A stretch of 64,000 bases of DNA from Escherichia coli O127:H6 str. E2348/69. Its GTDB lineage: Bacteria > Pseudomonadota > Gammaproteobacteria > Enterobacterales > Enterobacteriaceae. The stretch is taken from the NCBI RefSeq assembly GCF_000026545.1, contig NC_011601.1. One strand, written 5' to 3'. Positions 12,177 through 26,838 of the stretch are shown here, piece after piece. The notes under the pieces are model-generated. The model had not been told where the DNA came from, did not search any database, and saw nothing but the letters and a program-made list of their open reading frames with translations. The position numbers and the translations under genes are program-made. Numbering within the stretch: position 1 is the first letter of the stretch; each line of letters starts with the position of its first letter.

Positions 12177-12187
12177 TCAAGAGACAG
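12169..12187 (-). repeat. Right terminal inverted repeat of the IS (inside-end type, contains two GATC Dam sites)
   Basis: Plus strand AGATCTGATCAAGAGACAG is the reverse complement of CTGTCTCTTGATCAGATCT. Confidence 0.85.
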
Positions 12188-12259
12188 AACCCCAGAGGGG
12201 CGAGGGGACCGTTCGTACACGGAGAAGGATTAATTATCCTTCTGAAAATACTGAAATTA

Positions 12260-13720
<1,461 letters not shown>

Positions 13721-13751
13721 TTAGTTACTGCAGTAGAGGATTTTTTACGGC

Positions 13752-13786
13752 TGCCGGATGCGGCGTGAACGCCCTGTCCGGCCTAC
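13752..13786. repeat. REP (repetitive extragenic palindromic) element
   Basis: ctgccggatgcggcgtgaacgccctgtccggcctac matches the E. coli REP consensus GCCGGATGCGGCGTGAACGCCTTATCCGGCCTAC; lies between tldD and yhdP. Confidence 0.8.
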
Positions 13787-13860
13787 GGTTATGTTCTGGC
13801 TCGTTGGCCTTTGGCAACGATTATCATATGAGATTGGGGCAATTACGCGCCCTCGTCAAA

Positions 13861-16800
13861 TCATTGCGCTTTTTCTTTGCGCGGTTGTCGCAACACTTCG
13901 TTGATTTGCGGATCGTCCAGCGGACCCGAAATGTGATAGCGCAAAATGGAGACTTTGCTCCACAGCGGTCCCAGCACTTTACTGGCGGCAAACACTGCCG
14001 CGCCAACAATGGGGTTAACCGCAAAGGCCGCAGCCACGCCGACCGTCGCAGAAATCTCTGGTGCGACAACCGCTTCCATATTCAGGTCGCGACGTACCAG
14101 ATTTACCGACCCTTTCATAGCGATGTCCGCTTCCAGGCCATCCACCAGCGTGTCGTCGGTGTGCATAACGCCGTCTTTAATCCACGCGGTGCTGCGAATG
14201 GAGTCAAAATAGAACCCTTCGCCAAAAGTGTCTCTGAAATCAAAACGCAGCTTACGCATCAGGGCATCTACGCTCAATAAGCGCAGCAATTGCCCGGCAT
14301 GTCCGGTATTGATTTCGGTAATTTCGCCTTTACCCAGTTGAGTATGAATGATGCCATTCAACGTCGCCTCATCTGGCTGCCAGGGTGCTTTGCGCCAGTG
14401 TAAATCGTAATCCACATTAAATGACGACTGGCGTATGGGCGTCGTGACACCAAAAAATTCTGCGGCGGCATCAATTTTCTGCCCGCGCAGTTTTCCTTTC
14501 AGCGAGGTACGTTCATTCCCCGGATTGTTAACCCATTCACCATCGGCAGTGAGCCGCGAAAAACCAGTATCAATCAGTCCATTAGTCAGCGTTAACGTAT
14601 CGCCAGAAATGGTGATATCACTGTCAATACGACCGAATTTTTGCCCCCAGAACCAGCACTCTGCGCATCGTATTTGTGCGTCTGGCCAGCCACGGAAGTT
14701 AATGCGTTCCGTTGTCGGGAAAGGTGATGACTGTGTTGAATCACCACGAGTTTTCGCCACGCTTGGGTTGTAATAAAGATATTTGATATTCGCCAGCCAC
14801 GGTGCGTTATTACGCATCGCCAGCGTGGCGTTGATTTCACGCCCTTGCGCCTCAACCAGGGTGCCATTTGCCGTCGGTTGCGAAACAATACTCAGGTTAT
14901 TCCATTGCTGATTTCCCAGCGACAACATAGGCGTACGTAACGTTATGTGTTGTGGGAAACTCGCTGCACCACCGACACTCTCCGCCGCGCCTTTCTGGAA
15001 CAGGGCCAGCCACTCGGCACCATTCATCGGCGGCATATTGAGTTCAACGCCACTTTGTTCCGGCAACGGCGGGAGCGTTTTACTGTCTGCCGCCCAAATA
15101 GCACGATCGAGCGTCAGCTTTTGACCGAGCAACCAGCGGCTATTGAAATGGTTATCCGCACCAGCCTGTCCGGTTAATTCAAAGCTGTTGAGATTGCCAT
15201 CAACCTTAACGTTTACCGGTAGTGGTTCACCCGCAGGTTTGGCTAACGGTGAAGGTAAGTGACTGCTCACATTCTTCAAATCGCCGTTCAGCTCTACGTT
15301 ATACGTCGCGCCAGCATGATAAGGCAGCTCAATGCCCACTTTACCATCCCACGCCACGCTGCCACTTAATGCTTCGTTCACCGCTGCAGGCAGAACGCCG
15401 GTTTTCGCTGGTTGCCAGTTACCGTTGAGATTCACCGCGACCTGGTAGGCTTTTGCCCCTTCTTTGGTGGAAAAATCCACGTTCAACGGCTGATTAAACC
15501 AGCTTGCTGTCAGTGGTTCACTTTGCAGATCGCCATTAATAAAGCTGAATTTCCCGCTCAAATTTTTCAGGGTGCTGTCGAGTGGTTTGATAAACAGACT
15601 GTTATTACGCAGCGTCACTTCACCTTTCGCGGTTACCAGTTCGCCGTTCAGCGGAATATCGAGATGTAAGCGAGCATTCACATCGCCGTCGAGCTGGAGT
15701 TCTTGCAGGGTCGCCCCCAGAGAATCTTTCAGCGGTGTCTCATCAAAGTAAGGGCCAACGGCTTTACCCGGACCTTTAATGTCAGCGTCAATCAGCAGTT
15801 TTTCTTTTGAGTAGTCAGGGATCACTGCGGTGAGATTACTCGCGCGCACGCCGCCCAGATTAACGCCATCGGTTTTCATCCATAAACCGTCGTTAATAAA
15901 GTCCAGTTCAATATCAAGGTTAGTTAATGCAGGCCAGTCCGGCTGGAAGGCAAACTTCGCGTTGCGCAGCGGCACCAGCACTTCAAACTGACCTTCGTTG
16001 TGTTTATAGGGGAAGAGTTGCGGATTGCCACCATAAACCAGCGTCGCGTTATCCGCTTCACCGCCCTGAATCGCGCCACTTAAGTAATCAACCAGGTCTT
16101 TACCCATCAAGTTTTCCGGGAAATAGCGCCAGGCTTGTGAACCATCATCGGTACTGATGCCAGCCAGAATACCCAGCCAGGGTTCATCGTTAGCAGGTTG
16201 CAGGTAACGAAAACCGCCGCGCGCATGGACGGCTTTGGCTTTAACGTCAATATTACGCCCATCCAGCTGGAAACCTTTGTCATTGTTCAGCCAGCTTATC
16301 GTTGCCTGGCCGTCGGCGATTTCCAGTGGCGCACGGAATACCGTTTCGTAAGGCATCTTTGCCTGCTTCATCGACGCAGTAAGCAAACCATTTTCTACGC
16401 TGCCGGAAAGCGTCCCGGAGAAGTGTTCCGCACCCGGTAATAATTTCCATTGCTTCCAGGCCAGATCGCTCCACGATGCCTGAAAACGGGTCTTGTCTGC
16501 CGCCTGAAGCGGGATATCCAGCGCCAGAGTGTTAATCTTGCCGCTCGGTTGTGTGGAGCGCCAAACATCACCCAGTGCAGGTGAAAGTTTCGCGACCAGC
16601 GGGCGTACGCCCTCCAGGCCTGCCAGCTCCAGATTACTGGCGCGAATCCGGAGTTCGTCACTGCGTTTATTGTCTTTGCCGCCAACGTCCTGTTCCGGTA
16701 TCCAGGCCAGCGTCAATGCTCCGCTCGGCCAGGGTTTGCCGTCCATCGTGATCCGTGTATCGGGAATAGAGAACTGCCATCCCGGATTTTCACGCGTAAT

Positions 16801-17661
16801 ATGCGCAGTCAGATTATCCACCGACAGCGTATGTGTTTCCTTCTCGCCCAACCAGCTGGCACCGCCCTGTTTCAGCCAGACGTCACCGCCGGTTACATCG
16901 CCTTTGTCGATCGTCATCCAGCCTTCAAGGGAGAACTGTGCCGTTTCCAGCGCAATATTGTCCTGCATCCATTTACCGAGCCACGGCTTCAGGTCGATGT
17001 CATCCGCCTGGAGCCAGACGCGACCATTGCTTAACAACCCCTCATCATCGCGCAAATCCATACGCACCTGCATCACGCCGTGCTGTCCGGTAAGGCTGGA
17101 GAGGCTTACCAGGCCTTCCGCACGGTGTCGACGTGGATCGTTCAGCCAGGTGAGCTGTGGGATCGCCAGCTCGGCGCGCTGACCGGATGGCGTCAGGAAA
17201 CTGACTTCACTGTCGCGGAGATCGAAATGGTCAAATTGACGAAGAAACAGATCGCTGATGTGACTGGCTTCCAGGCTATCATTACCACCGCCGCTGGTGA
17301 TAGGAGTGTTGGTGCGAAAGCGCAGCTGCCAGAAAGTGAGGTCGCGAAACTGCCAGCGCATATGTAACAGGCTCTGCCAGACATCCAGCGCAAGAGTAAC
17401 GCGTTTAACCGAAAATTCGCCGCCATCTTTTAGTTCTGCACGGATGTCGTGCGCTTCAAGCGTCGGACCAAAATTCTGCCAGCTGGCTGAGAGCTGACTG
17501 GCTTCTACCGGCATGCCAGTCGCGGATTCTATTTTGTTGAGGATTTCCGGACGCCAGGCGTCAAGATGCGGTAAAGCAATACGCAGGCCGCTAACCAGCA
17601 GAGCAGCGATCACAACGAGCGCGGCTCCAGTAAGCAGTAAAATCCCCGGCAATCGCCTCAC
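13861..17661 (-). CDS. yhdP: AsmA-family envelope phospholipid-transport protein YhdP, 1,266 aa
   Basis: ORF track; length and N-terminal membrane anchor MRRLPGILLLTGAALVVIAALLVSGLRIALPHLDAWRPE... match YhdP. Confidence 0.93.
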   Translation of the reverse strand: MRRLPGILLLTGAALVVIAALLVSGLRIALPHLDAWRPEILNKIESATGMPVEASQLSASWQNFGPTLEAHDIRAELKDGGEFSVKRVTLALDVWQSLLHMRWQFRDLTFWQLRFRTNTPITSGGGNDSLEASHISDLFLRQFDHFDLRDSEVSFLTPSGQRAELAIPQLTWLNDPRRHRAEGLVSLSSLTGQHGVMQVRMDLRDDEGLLSNGRVWLQADDIDLKPWLGKWMQDNIALETAQFSLEGWMTIDKGDVTGGDVWLKQGGASWLGEKETHTLSVDNLTAHITRENPGWQFSIPDTRITMDGKPWPSGALTLAWIPEQDVGGKDNKRSDELRIRASNLELAGLEGVRPLVAKLSPALGDVWRSTQPSGKINTLALDIPLQAADKTRFQASWSDLAWKQWKLLPGAEHFSGTLSGSVENGLLTASMKQAKMPYETVFRAPLEIADGQATISWLNNDKGFQLDGRNIDVKAKAVHARGGFRYLQPANDEPWLGILAGISTDDGSQAWRYFPENLMGKDLVDYLSGAIQGGEADNATLVYGGNPQLFPYKHNEGQFEVLVPLRNAKFAFQPDWPALTNLDIELDFINDGLWMKTDGVNLGGVRASNLTAVIPDYSKEKLLIDADIKGPGKAVGPYFDETPLKDSLGATLQELQLDGDVNARLHLDIPLNGELVTAKGEVTLRNNSLFIKPLDSTLKNLSGKFSFINGDLQSEPLTASWFNQPLNVDFSTKEGAKAYQVAVNLNGNWQPAKTGVLPAAVNEALSGSVAWDGKVGIELPYHAGATYNVELNGDLKNVSSHLPSPLAKPAGEPLPVNVKVDGNLNSFELTGQAGADNHFNSRWLLGQKLTLDRAIWAADSKTLPPLPEQSGVELNMPPMNGAEWLALFQKGAAESVGGAASFPQHITLRTPMLSLGNQQWNNLSIVSQPTANGTLVEAQGREINATLAMRNNAPWLANIKYLYYNPSVAKTRGDSTQSSPFPTTERINFRGWPDAQIRCAECWFWGQKFGRIDSDITISGDTLTLTNGLIDTGFSRLTADGEWVNNPGNERTSLKGKLRGQKIDAAAEFFGVTTPIRQSSFNVDYDLHWRKAPWQPDEATLNGIIHTQLGKGEITEINTGHAGQLLRLLSVDALMRKLRFDFRDTFGEGFYFDSIRSTAWIKDGVMHTDDTLVDGLEADIAMKGSVNLVRRDLNMEAVVAPEISATVGVAAAFAVNPIVGAAVFAASKVLGPLWSKVSILRYHISGPLDDPQINEVLRQPRKEKAQ

Positions 17662-17728
17662 CCGTCACTCCTTGTCTGCTAAAAATGTGACTCAAAAACC
17701 CTTTGCCGGATGGCGGCCCAGCATCTGT

Positions 17729-19198
17729 TTACATCATTACGACGTCAAACTGCTCCTGGTTATAGAGCGGTTCAATTTGTACTTTAACCTGTTTGCCAAC
17801 GAAAATTTCCACTTCCGCCAGCGAGTGTGACTCTTCGCCTTTCAAGGCTTCGGCTACTGCCGGAGAAGCATAGACCAGGAAACGGTCGGAGTCGTAAGCA
17901 TGGTGGACACGAACAATCTCGCGCATGATTTCATAGCATACCGTTTCCACGGTTTTCACCGTTCCGCGACCGTGGCAGGTTGGGCATTCGTTACACAGTA
18001 CGTGCTCAATGCTTTCGCGGGTGCGTTTACGCGTCATCTCCACCAGCCCCAGCGCCGAAAAACCATTAACGCTGGTTTTCACCCGATCTTTGCTCAACGC
18101 CTGCTCCAGCGAGTGCAGCACGCGGCGACGGTGATCTTCATTATTCATATCGATGAAATCAATAATGATAATCCCGCCCAGATTGCGCAACCGTAACTGG
18201 CGAGCGATAGCCTGCGTCGCTTCAATATTGGTATTGAAAATGGTGTCGTCCAGATTGCGATGACCGACAAACGCCCCGGTATTGATGTCCACGGTGGTCA
18301 TCGCTTCGGTCTGGTCGATAATCAGATAACCACCGGATTTCAGTTCTACTTTGCGTTCCAGCGCTCGCTGGATTTCGTTTTCGACATCAAAGAGATCGAA
18401 AATCGGCTGACGTCCGGTGTAATGCTCCAGCTTGCTGGTCATCTCGGGAATGTACTCTGAGGTAAACTCCAGCAATGCTTCGTAAGTCAGGCGTGAGTCA
18501 ACGCGAATGCGGTCGAGTTCGGCGTCGGCGAAATCACGCAGAACACGCTGCGCCAGCGCCAGTTCGCCGTACAGCTGATAACGGGTCTGCGGGCGTTTTT
18601 TACGCTCCATAACTTTGGTCCAGACGCGTTTCAGATAAGCGGCATCGGAGGCCAGTTCAGCCTCGCCAACCCCTTCCGCTGCAGTACGGATGATAAACCC
18701 GCCCTGCTCGTCGCAATACTCTGCGACCACTTTTTTCAGGCGTTCACGTTCTGATTCGCTTTCAATACGTTGGGATACCCCAACGTGAGAAGCCCCTGGC
18801 ATAAACACCAGATAGCGAGAAGGCAGCGTGATATCGGTGGTCAGGCGCGCACCTTTAGTGCCAAGCGGATCTTTCACCACCTGCACCATCAGATCTTGCC
18901 CCTGACGGACCAGTTCCGAGATGTCGCGCACCGTGAATTGCTTTTGTTCTTCACCCGCCACACATTCGGTGTGCGGCATGATGTCAGATGCATGAAGAAA
19001 CGCGGCTTTATCCAGCCCAATATCTACAAAAGCCGCCTGCATACCCGGAAGTACACGACTTACACGACCCTTGTAGATATTGCCTACTATTCCGCGTCGC
19101 GCCTCACGTTCAATATGAATTTCCTGCAGAATACCGCCATCAATATACGCCACTCGCGTTTCCGAAGGCGTTACGTTTACCAACAATTCAGCCGTCAT
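17729..19198 (-). CDS. rng: Ribonuclease G, 489 aa
   Basis: ORF track 17729..19216; recognised RNase G starts [22 protein letters not shown] at the internal ATG (complement 19196-19198). Confidence 0.93.
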
Positions 19199-19781
19199 GT
19201 TTATCCCTTTTCTCACGCAGTGCGTTAAAATTACTTAATAATTCATACGTTTCAACCAGCGGTAAGCCGACTACGGCGTGAAAGCTGCCATTTATCTTCC
19301 TGACAAAACAGCCACCCAGCCCCTGAATACCGTATGCACCTGCTTTATCTAACGGTTCGCCGCTGGCGACATAGCCCGCGATGTCTTCGTCTGTTAACGT
19401 TCTGAAAGTCACATCGGTGACCACCAGGCAATCGAGAATGTGCTGGCTGTCGGCCAACGCCACTGCCGTCATCACCTGATGGGTCTGACCCGATAATTTG
19501 CGCAACATCTGCGCCGCATGCTCTGCGTCGCGCGGTTTCTCGAGCACTTCTCCGTTCAGGATAACGATAGTATCCGCACCCAGCACCGGGAGATCCTGCG
19601 CCGTTTGCGCGACACCCGCCTGTGCTTTCTCGCGCGCCAGACGCACAACATACTGCTGCGCGCTCTCCTGCGGCTGACGCTGCTCCTCAATGCCCGTAAC
19701 AATACGTTCAAAGGTCACGCCAAGTTGCGCAAGTAACTCCTGACGACGCGGAGAACCGGAAGCTAAATACAGAGAAGTCAT
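19188..19781 (-). CDS. yhdE: Maf-like nucleoside triphosphate pyrophosphatase YhdE, 197 aa
   Basis: ORF track; [28 protein letters not shown]...; overlaps the rng start by 11 bp. Confidence 0.93.
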   Translation of the reverse strand: MTSLYLASGSPRRQELLAQLGVTFERIVTGIEEQRQPQESAQQYVVRLAREKAQAGVAQTAQDLPVLGADTIVILNGEVLEKPRDAEHAAQMLRKLSGQTHQVMTAVALADSQHILDCLVVTDVTFRTLTDEDIAGYVASGEPLDKAGAYGIQGLGGCFVRKINGSFHAVVGLPLVETYELLSNFNALREKRDKHDG

Positions 19782-19789
19782 AGAAACCT

Positions 19790-21381
<1,592 letters not shown>

Positions 21382-21446
21382 AAGTTATGCGTATTCTCGT
21401 ATCAGACCAGGCAGGGTAAACAGACACTTCCCCTGCCTGCATCCGA

Positions 21447-22616
<1,170 letters not shown>

Positions 22617-22794
22617 TTACAAATCTCTGCCTGAGTCCAGAAAGGCTTAATGCATCAGCAGCATTCCTCGCCTGTTTGCAACCGCGTAAGGTCATTCATC
22701 TGCATATGTGCTGCAACAATCTGGCGAGCAGACAAGCACACTCCCATGAGACGCAGCGCGCGTTATTCTACGTGAAAACGGATTAAACGGCAGG

Positions 22795-24735
22795 TTAAAC
22801 CGAGTATCTTTGTGAATATTTTTTCACGTTAGTATCAAGTGGCTGTGAGGACGCGAAAAAATCCCCTTGCCCACCTGTAACACCGCGCTGAATCAGGGTC
22901 TGCCACTCGCTTCGCGAACGCACGCCGGTGGCGTAAACCTGGGTGCTGGTCCCGGAGCAGGCTTCCACCAGGCTTTGAACCAGCAGCTGGTTCTCCGTTC
23001 GCTTCTCAATGTTTCTGACCAGCCCCGGATGGAGCTTGAGTAACTCAACATTAAGTTCTTTGATCCAGCTGGTGCTTACCAGCGTCAAACCAGCCTGGTT
23101 GACGGCTACCCGTACCCCTAAAGCATTCACTAAACGAATAACAGGTTGTAAGCGACTGATATGTTGACCAACATCGGCCTCTGCAAGTTCAATAATTATG
23201 CGTCTTCGTTGCGATTTTTCACATTGCATTAACGTATCGCGCAGCCAACGCTGAAAACGCGGGCGAATCAGCGACTCAACGGTAACCTGAATCGCCAGAT
23301 TTTCCTCTGGCCAGTAACGCAATAGTGGAATAAGACGGCTGATTTGCAGGCGGTCATACTCTTCCGATAAACCAAACTGCAAGACCATCGGCATATACTC
23401 CGCCGAACTAACCTCTTCATTACCATCGAAGATGCGGCACATGAGTTCACGATGATGAACCTGGCCTTCGCGAGTAACCGCCGGTTTTTGATAAAGGCGC
23501 GGGCCGCCGCGACTGAGCATTTGCTCGATAAGCGTACGCCAGCGAACATTACCGCGTCCTTTTTCAGGCAACGAGTCATCGTAAATAGCCCAGCTATTGC
23601 CGCCCTGCAATCCCGCATTACGCGTGGCAGACTCTGCATGTTCCATTACCTGCTCGGTATCCTGACCACTACGCCAGGCACAGATACCAATGTGGATCAT
23701 ATCGTCGCGATCGAGCATTTTATTGTTCGGCAAGGTATCGACGGCTTTGATTAACTGACTGGCGATGCTCTCTGCCTCTTTTAACGTCCGGTGCGGTAAC
23801 AACGCAGCAAAATCACTGCGGTGGTAACGCGCCAGCAGTGCGCCAGGGTAGCGCATCATAAATGTCGATAGCAGATTCGTCAGAGAGAAGAACTGTTCTT
23901 CAACCTGGCTGTGCCCCCAGGTATCACTCAACATATTGAAATCCGGCAGACGAATCATCATCACGATTCCGTGGGTACCTACTTTCTCTTGATCTTCCAG
24001 TAACGTTGCTAACTGATTATCGAAAAAGAGTCGGTTATTGAGGCCGGTTTTCATGTCCTGGGCGGCATAAGAGCGGATCAGAGTATCAAGACGGCTGTGT
24101 TGTTCGCGTGCGTTCTGAATTTCACAAAGCAGCGTATCCAGCGCACTGCTGGTTCTGGGCGGCCATTCATAGATGGTTCCCAACACATTAGAGCCACGCT
24201 CACCGTTTAAGATACGAGTAGCCCGGGTTTCCAGCAATTCTTGCCCGGCAAGTTGCCGTTGTAACCAGCGTACCGCCAGGAAGAGCATAAGAATGATAAA
24301 GCCAATCGCCCCCGTGAGCGGCGCGGTAGTCATTAAAGAATGGAAATAGTTGCCCATCGGATCCTGATAAACCAGACGCAGCGACATCCCCGGATGCTTT
24401 ATCAATGGAACGCTCAGTTCACGAAACAGATCGTTGGTGCCAACCGGACGATAACTACCATTTCTGGTCAGGGTATAAACCTGCTTATCACCATGGAGCA
24501 GGTCTACACGAACGATATCTGCCGACATCATTAATTCGGTAATTTGTGGCCTTAATGTGCTGAAGTCATTCGACAGTAGGTGGGTATCAATCGCCGCCGC
24601 CACCGCCTGAACACGATGACTAAACTTATACTGAATGGCGTTGTAGAAACTTAGCGAACAGCCCAGCAAAGTCACAAAAATTGTTAACCCGGTGAGCAGC
24701 GTGACAAAGGCCGAAAATTTCGTCGTTAATCTCAT
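22795..24735 (-). CDS. csrD: CsrB/CsrC decay factor CsrD (degenerate GGDEF-EAL protein), 646 aa
   Basis: ORF track; MRLTTKFSAFVTLLTGLTIFVTLLGCSLSFYNAIQYKF...; position upstream of mreB. Confidence 0.93.
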   Translation of the reverse strand: MRLTTKFSAFVTLLTGLTIFVTLLGCSLSFYNAIQYKFSHRVQAVAAAIDTHLLSNDFSTLRPQITELMMSADIVRVDLLHGDKQVYTLTRNGSYRPVGTNDLFRELSVPLIKHPGMSLRLVYQDPMGNYFHSLMTTAPLTGAIGFIILMLFLAVRWLQRQLAGQELLETRATRILNGERGSNVLGTIYEWPPRTSSALDTLLCEIQNAREQHSRLDTLIRSYAAQDMKTGLNNRLFFDNQLATLLEDQEKVGTHGIVMMIRLPDFNMLSDTWGHSQVEEQFFSLTNLLSTFMMRYPGALLARYHRSDFAALLPHRTLKEAESIASQLIKAVDTLPNNKMLDRDDMIHIGICAWRSGQDTEQVMEHAESATRNAGLQGGNSWAIYDDSLPEKGRGNVRWRTLIEQMLSRGGPRLYQKPAVTREGQVHHRELMCRIFDGNEEVSSAEYMPMVLQFGLSEEYDRLQISRLIPLLRYWPEENLAIQVTVESLIRPRFQRWLRDTLMQCEKSQRRRIIIELAEADVGQHISRLQPVIRLVNALGVRVAVNQAGLTLVSTSWIKELNVELLKLHPGLVRNIEKRTENQLLVQSLVEACSGTSTQVYATGVRSRSEWQTLIQRGVTGGQGDFFASSQPLDTNVKKYSQRYSV

Positions 24736-24886
24736 CCTTGTGTTAACTCCGATAGTGAGGAAGCGGGCATACTAGCAAATCAGATTTATCTCGCAATTTA
24801 TTGCGCTTCATCGGCTTTGCTTTTCCATTAGCGAGTATAGTCTTCAGAAATTATTTTCCAATCCATCATGCACATGAGGACCACTT

Positions 24887-25861
24887 ATGCAGGCGTTACT
24901 TTTAGAACAGCAGGACGGCAAAACTCTCGCATCAGTACAGACTCTGGACGAAAGTCGCCTGCCGGAAGGCGATGTCACGGTTGATGTTCACTGGTCGAGC
25001 CTGAACTACAAAGATGCGCTGGCGATTACCGGTAAGGGAAAAATCATCCGTAATTTTCCGATGATTCCTGGGATCGATTTTGCCGGAACTGTACGCACCA
25101 GCGAAGATCCGCGTTTTCATGCCGGTCAGGAGGTGTTACTCACTGGCTGGGGCGTTGGTGAAAACCACTGGGGTGGGCTGGCGGAACAGGCGCGAGTGAA
25201 AGGTGACTGGCTGGTTGCCATGCCGCAAGGGCTGGACGCGCGTAAAGCAATGATTATCGGTACTGCCGGTTTTACCGCCATGCTGTGTGTGATGGCGCTG
25301 GAAGATGCCGGTGTTCGCCCGCAGGATGGGGAGATTGTCGTGACGGGTGCCAGTGGTGGCGTCGGCAGTACCGCCGTGGCGCTGCTGCATAAGTTGGGTT
25401 ATCAGGTCGTTGCTGTTTCCGGTCGCGAAAGTACCCATGAATATCTGAAAAGTTTAGGTGCCAGCCGTATTCTTCCTCGCGATGAGTTTGCCGAATCCCG
25501 TCCTCTGGAAAAACAAGTCTGGGCTGGGGCAATTGACACCGTTGGCGACAAAGTGCTGGCAAAAGTGCTGGCGCAAATGAATTACGGCGGCTGCGTGGCG
25601 GCCTGTGGTCTGGCGGGTGGTTTTACTCTGCCAACCACGGTCATGCCATTTATTCTGCGTAATGTCCGTTTGCAAGGGGTGGATTCAGTAATGACGCCAC
25701 CAGCACGCCGCGCACAAGCCTGGCAGCGACTGATCACCGATTTACCGGAATCATTCTATACCCAGGCGGCAAAAGAGATATCTCTGGCAGAGGCACCGAA
25801 GTTTGCCGAGGCCATCATTAATAACCAGATCCAGGGTCGCACGCTGGTGAAGGTTAACTAA
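24887..25861 (+). CDS. acuI: Acrylyl-CoA reductase AcuI (YhdH), 324 aa
   Basis: ORF track; MQALLLEQQDGKTLASVQTLDESRLPEGDVTVDVHWSSLNYKDALAITGKG... zinc-independent MDR-family oxidoreductase. Confidence 0.93.
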   Translation: MQALLLEQQDGKTLASVQTLDESRLPEGDVTVDVHWSSLNYKDALAITGKGKIIRNFPMIPGIDFAGTVRTSEDPRFHAGQEVLLTGWGVGENHWGGLAEQARVKGDWLVAMPQGLDARKAMIIGTAGFTAMLCVMALEDAGVRPQDGEIVVTGASGGVGSTAVALLHKLGYQVVAVSGRESTHEYLKSLGASRILPRDEFAESRPLEKQVWAGAIDTVGDKVLAKVLAQMNYGGCVAACGLAGGFTLPTTVMPFILRNVRLQGVDSVMTPPARRAQAWQRLITDLPESFYTQAAKEISLAEAPKFAEAIINNQIQGRTLVKVN

Positions 25862-26535
25862 CCATTTAGCAGGGAATAATAAGAGAGGGAACTCATTTTG
25901 AAATCATTATTCAATCGGTTAACGGGAAAAGCGGTTAGCCGGACAGCTTTCGTCGAACATCTTGGTTATGAAGTTGTACAACATCATCCAAACTGGAAAG
26001 TCATGATTTCGACTGACCATAAATTGATGCGCATTGATGCTCCACCAAACAGCCATTATTGATACGCCTCCGTCGCCTGTTAGGTTTATGGTGCTTTGCC
26101 TTGGCGACGCTACGCTTAATCTGTTACTGATTTCTGGTACCATGGGGGGAATAATCTGATTTTATTTGATTACAAATTAACCACTTAAACCTATTGAATG
26201 CGGAGCATTGTCAGTCGGTTAATTTTGCGCGCTTTAGCATTCACATCTTTCCAGACGATGCAGTGAAAATTGGGTAATCCCCAGCAACCGCTGCGTAATG
26301 TCGTCTATCTTGTCGCGATCCTGGCATCCCTACATTATTTGTGGTCTGTGAAGATTATCTCATTGCAGCCCCCCATCTTCGCAGGGCTGGCTTTACAGCT
26401 TTTCACCTTACGTTATAAGAAGTTCCGTCGATGATGGCGCTAATTTCGTGAATTGTGCGGCTTGTTGCAAATTACACGGTGTTGAAGGTTATTTACATGT
26501 TAGCTGTTGATTATCTTCCCTGATAAGACCAGTAT

Positions 26536-26570
26536 TTAGCTGCCAATTGCTACGAAATCGTTATAATGTG
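26536..26570 (+). promoter_or_regulatory. Candidate accBC promoter (-10 TATAAT at 26562-26567)
   Basis: Consensus TATAAT hexamer about 270 bp upstream of the accB ATG, consistent with the known long accBC leader; -35 assignment is uncertain. Confidence 0.35.
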
Positions 26571-26838
26571 CGACCTCGTCCTCCCTGACGCAGTTTTTGC
26601 ACTGCGGAAAAGGTGACATTGGCGCAACGAAGGTATATTTTGTTTTTTGCCGGAGGATAGCAGCAGATCGCTGCACAATGTCCGTCAAGTCTAACATTGA
26701 CACTCTGGGGCAAAATAGACCGGCGTCCCGGCCTGCTGGAATTTATCGCTATGCATACAGCTGTCGGGGCATACGCTTTACAGACGGCGGTGAAACGCCT
26801 GTCACAATCACACTAAACAAAGAGTACGGAACCCACTC

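Larger units (their letters stand above)
10638..12187 (+). mobile_element. IS50-like insertion sequence (IS4 family), 1,550 bp, complete with both terminal inverted repeats and an intact transposase
   Basis: Left end CTGTCTCTTATACACAAAT resembles the Tn5 outside/mosaic end; right end is the reverse complement of CTGTCTCTTGATCAGATCT, identical to the Tn5/IS50 inside end; single DDE transposase ORF between them; flanked by the direct repeat AACCCCAG. Confidence 0.85.

Noticed and set aside
13946-17497. Numerous antisense and alternative-frame ORFs within yhdP (for example 16529..17182, 14592..14888)
   Set aside because: All are embedded in the 1,266-aa yhdP coding region, which matches the known protein end to end; no independent support.
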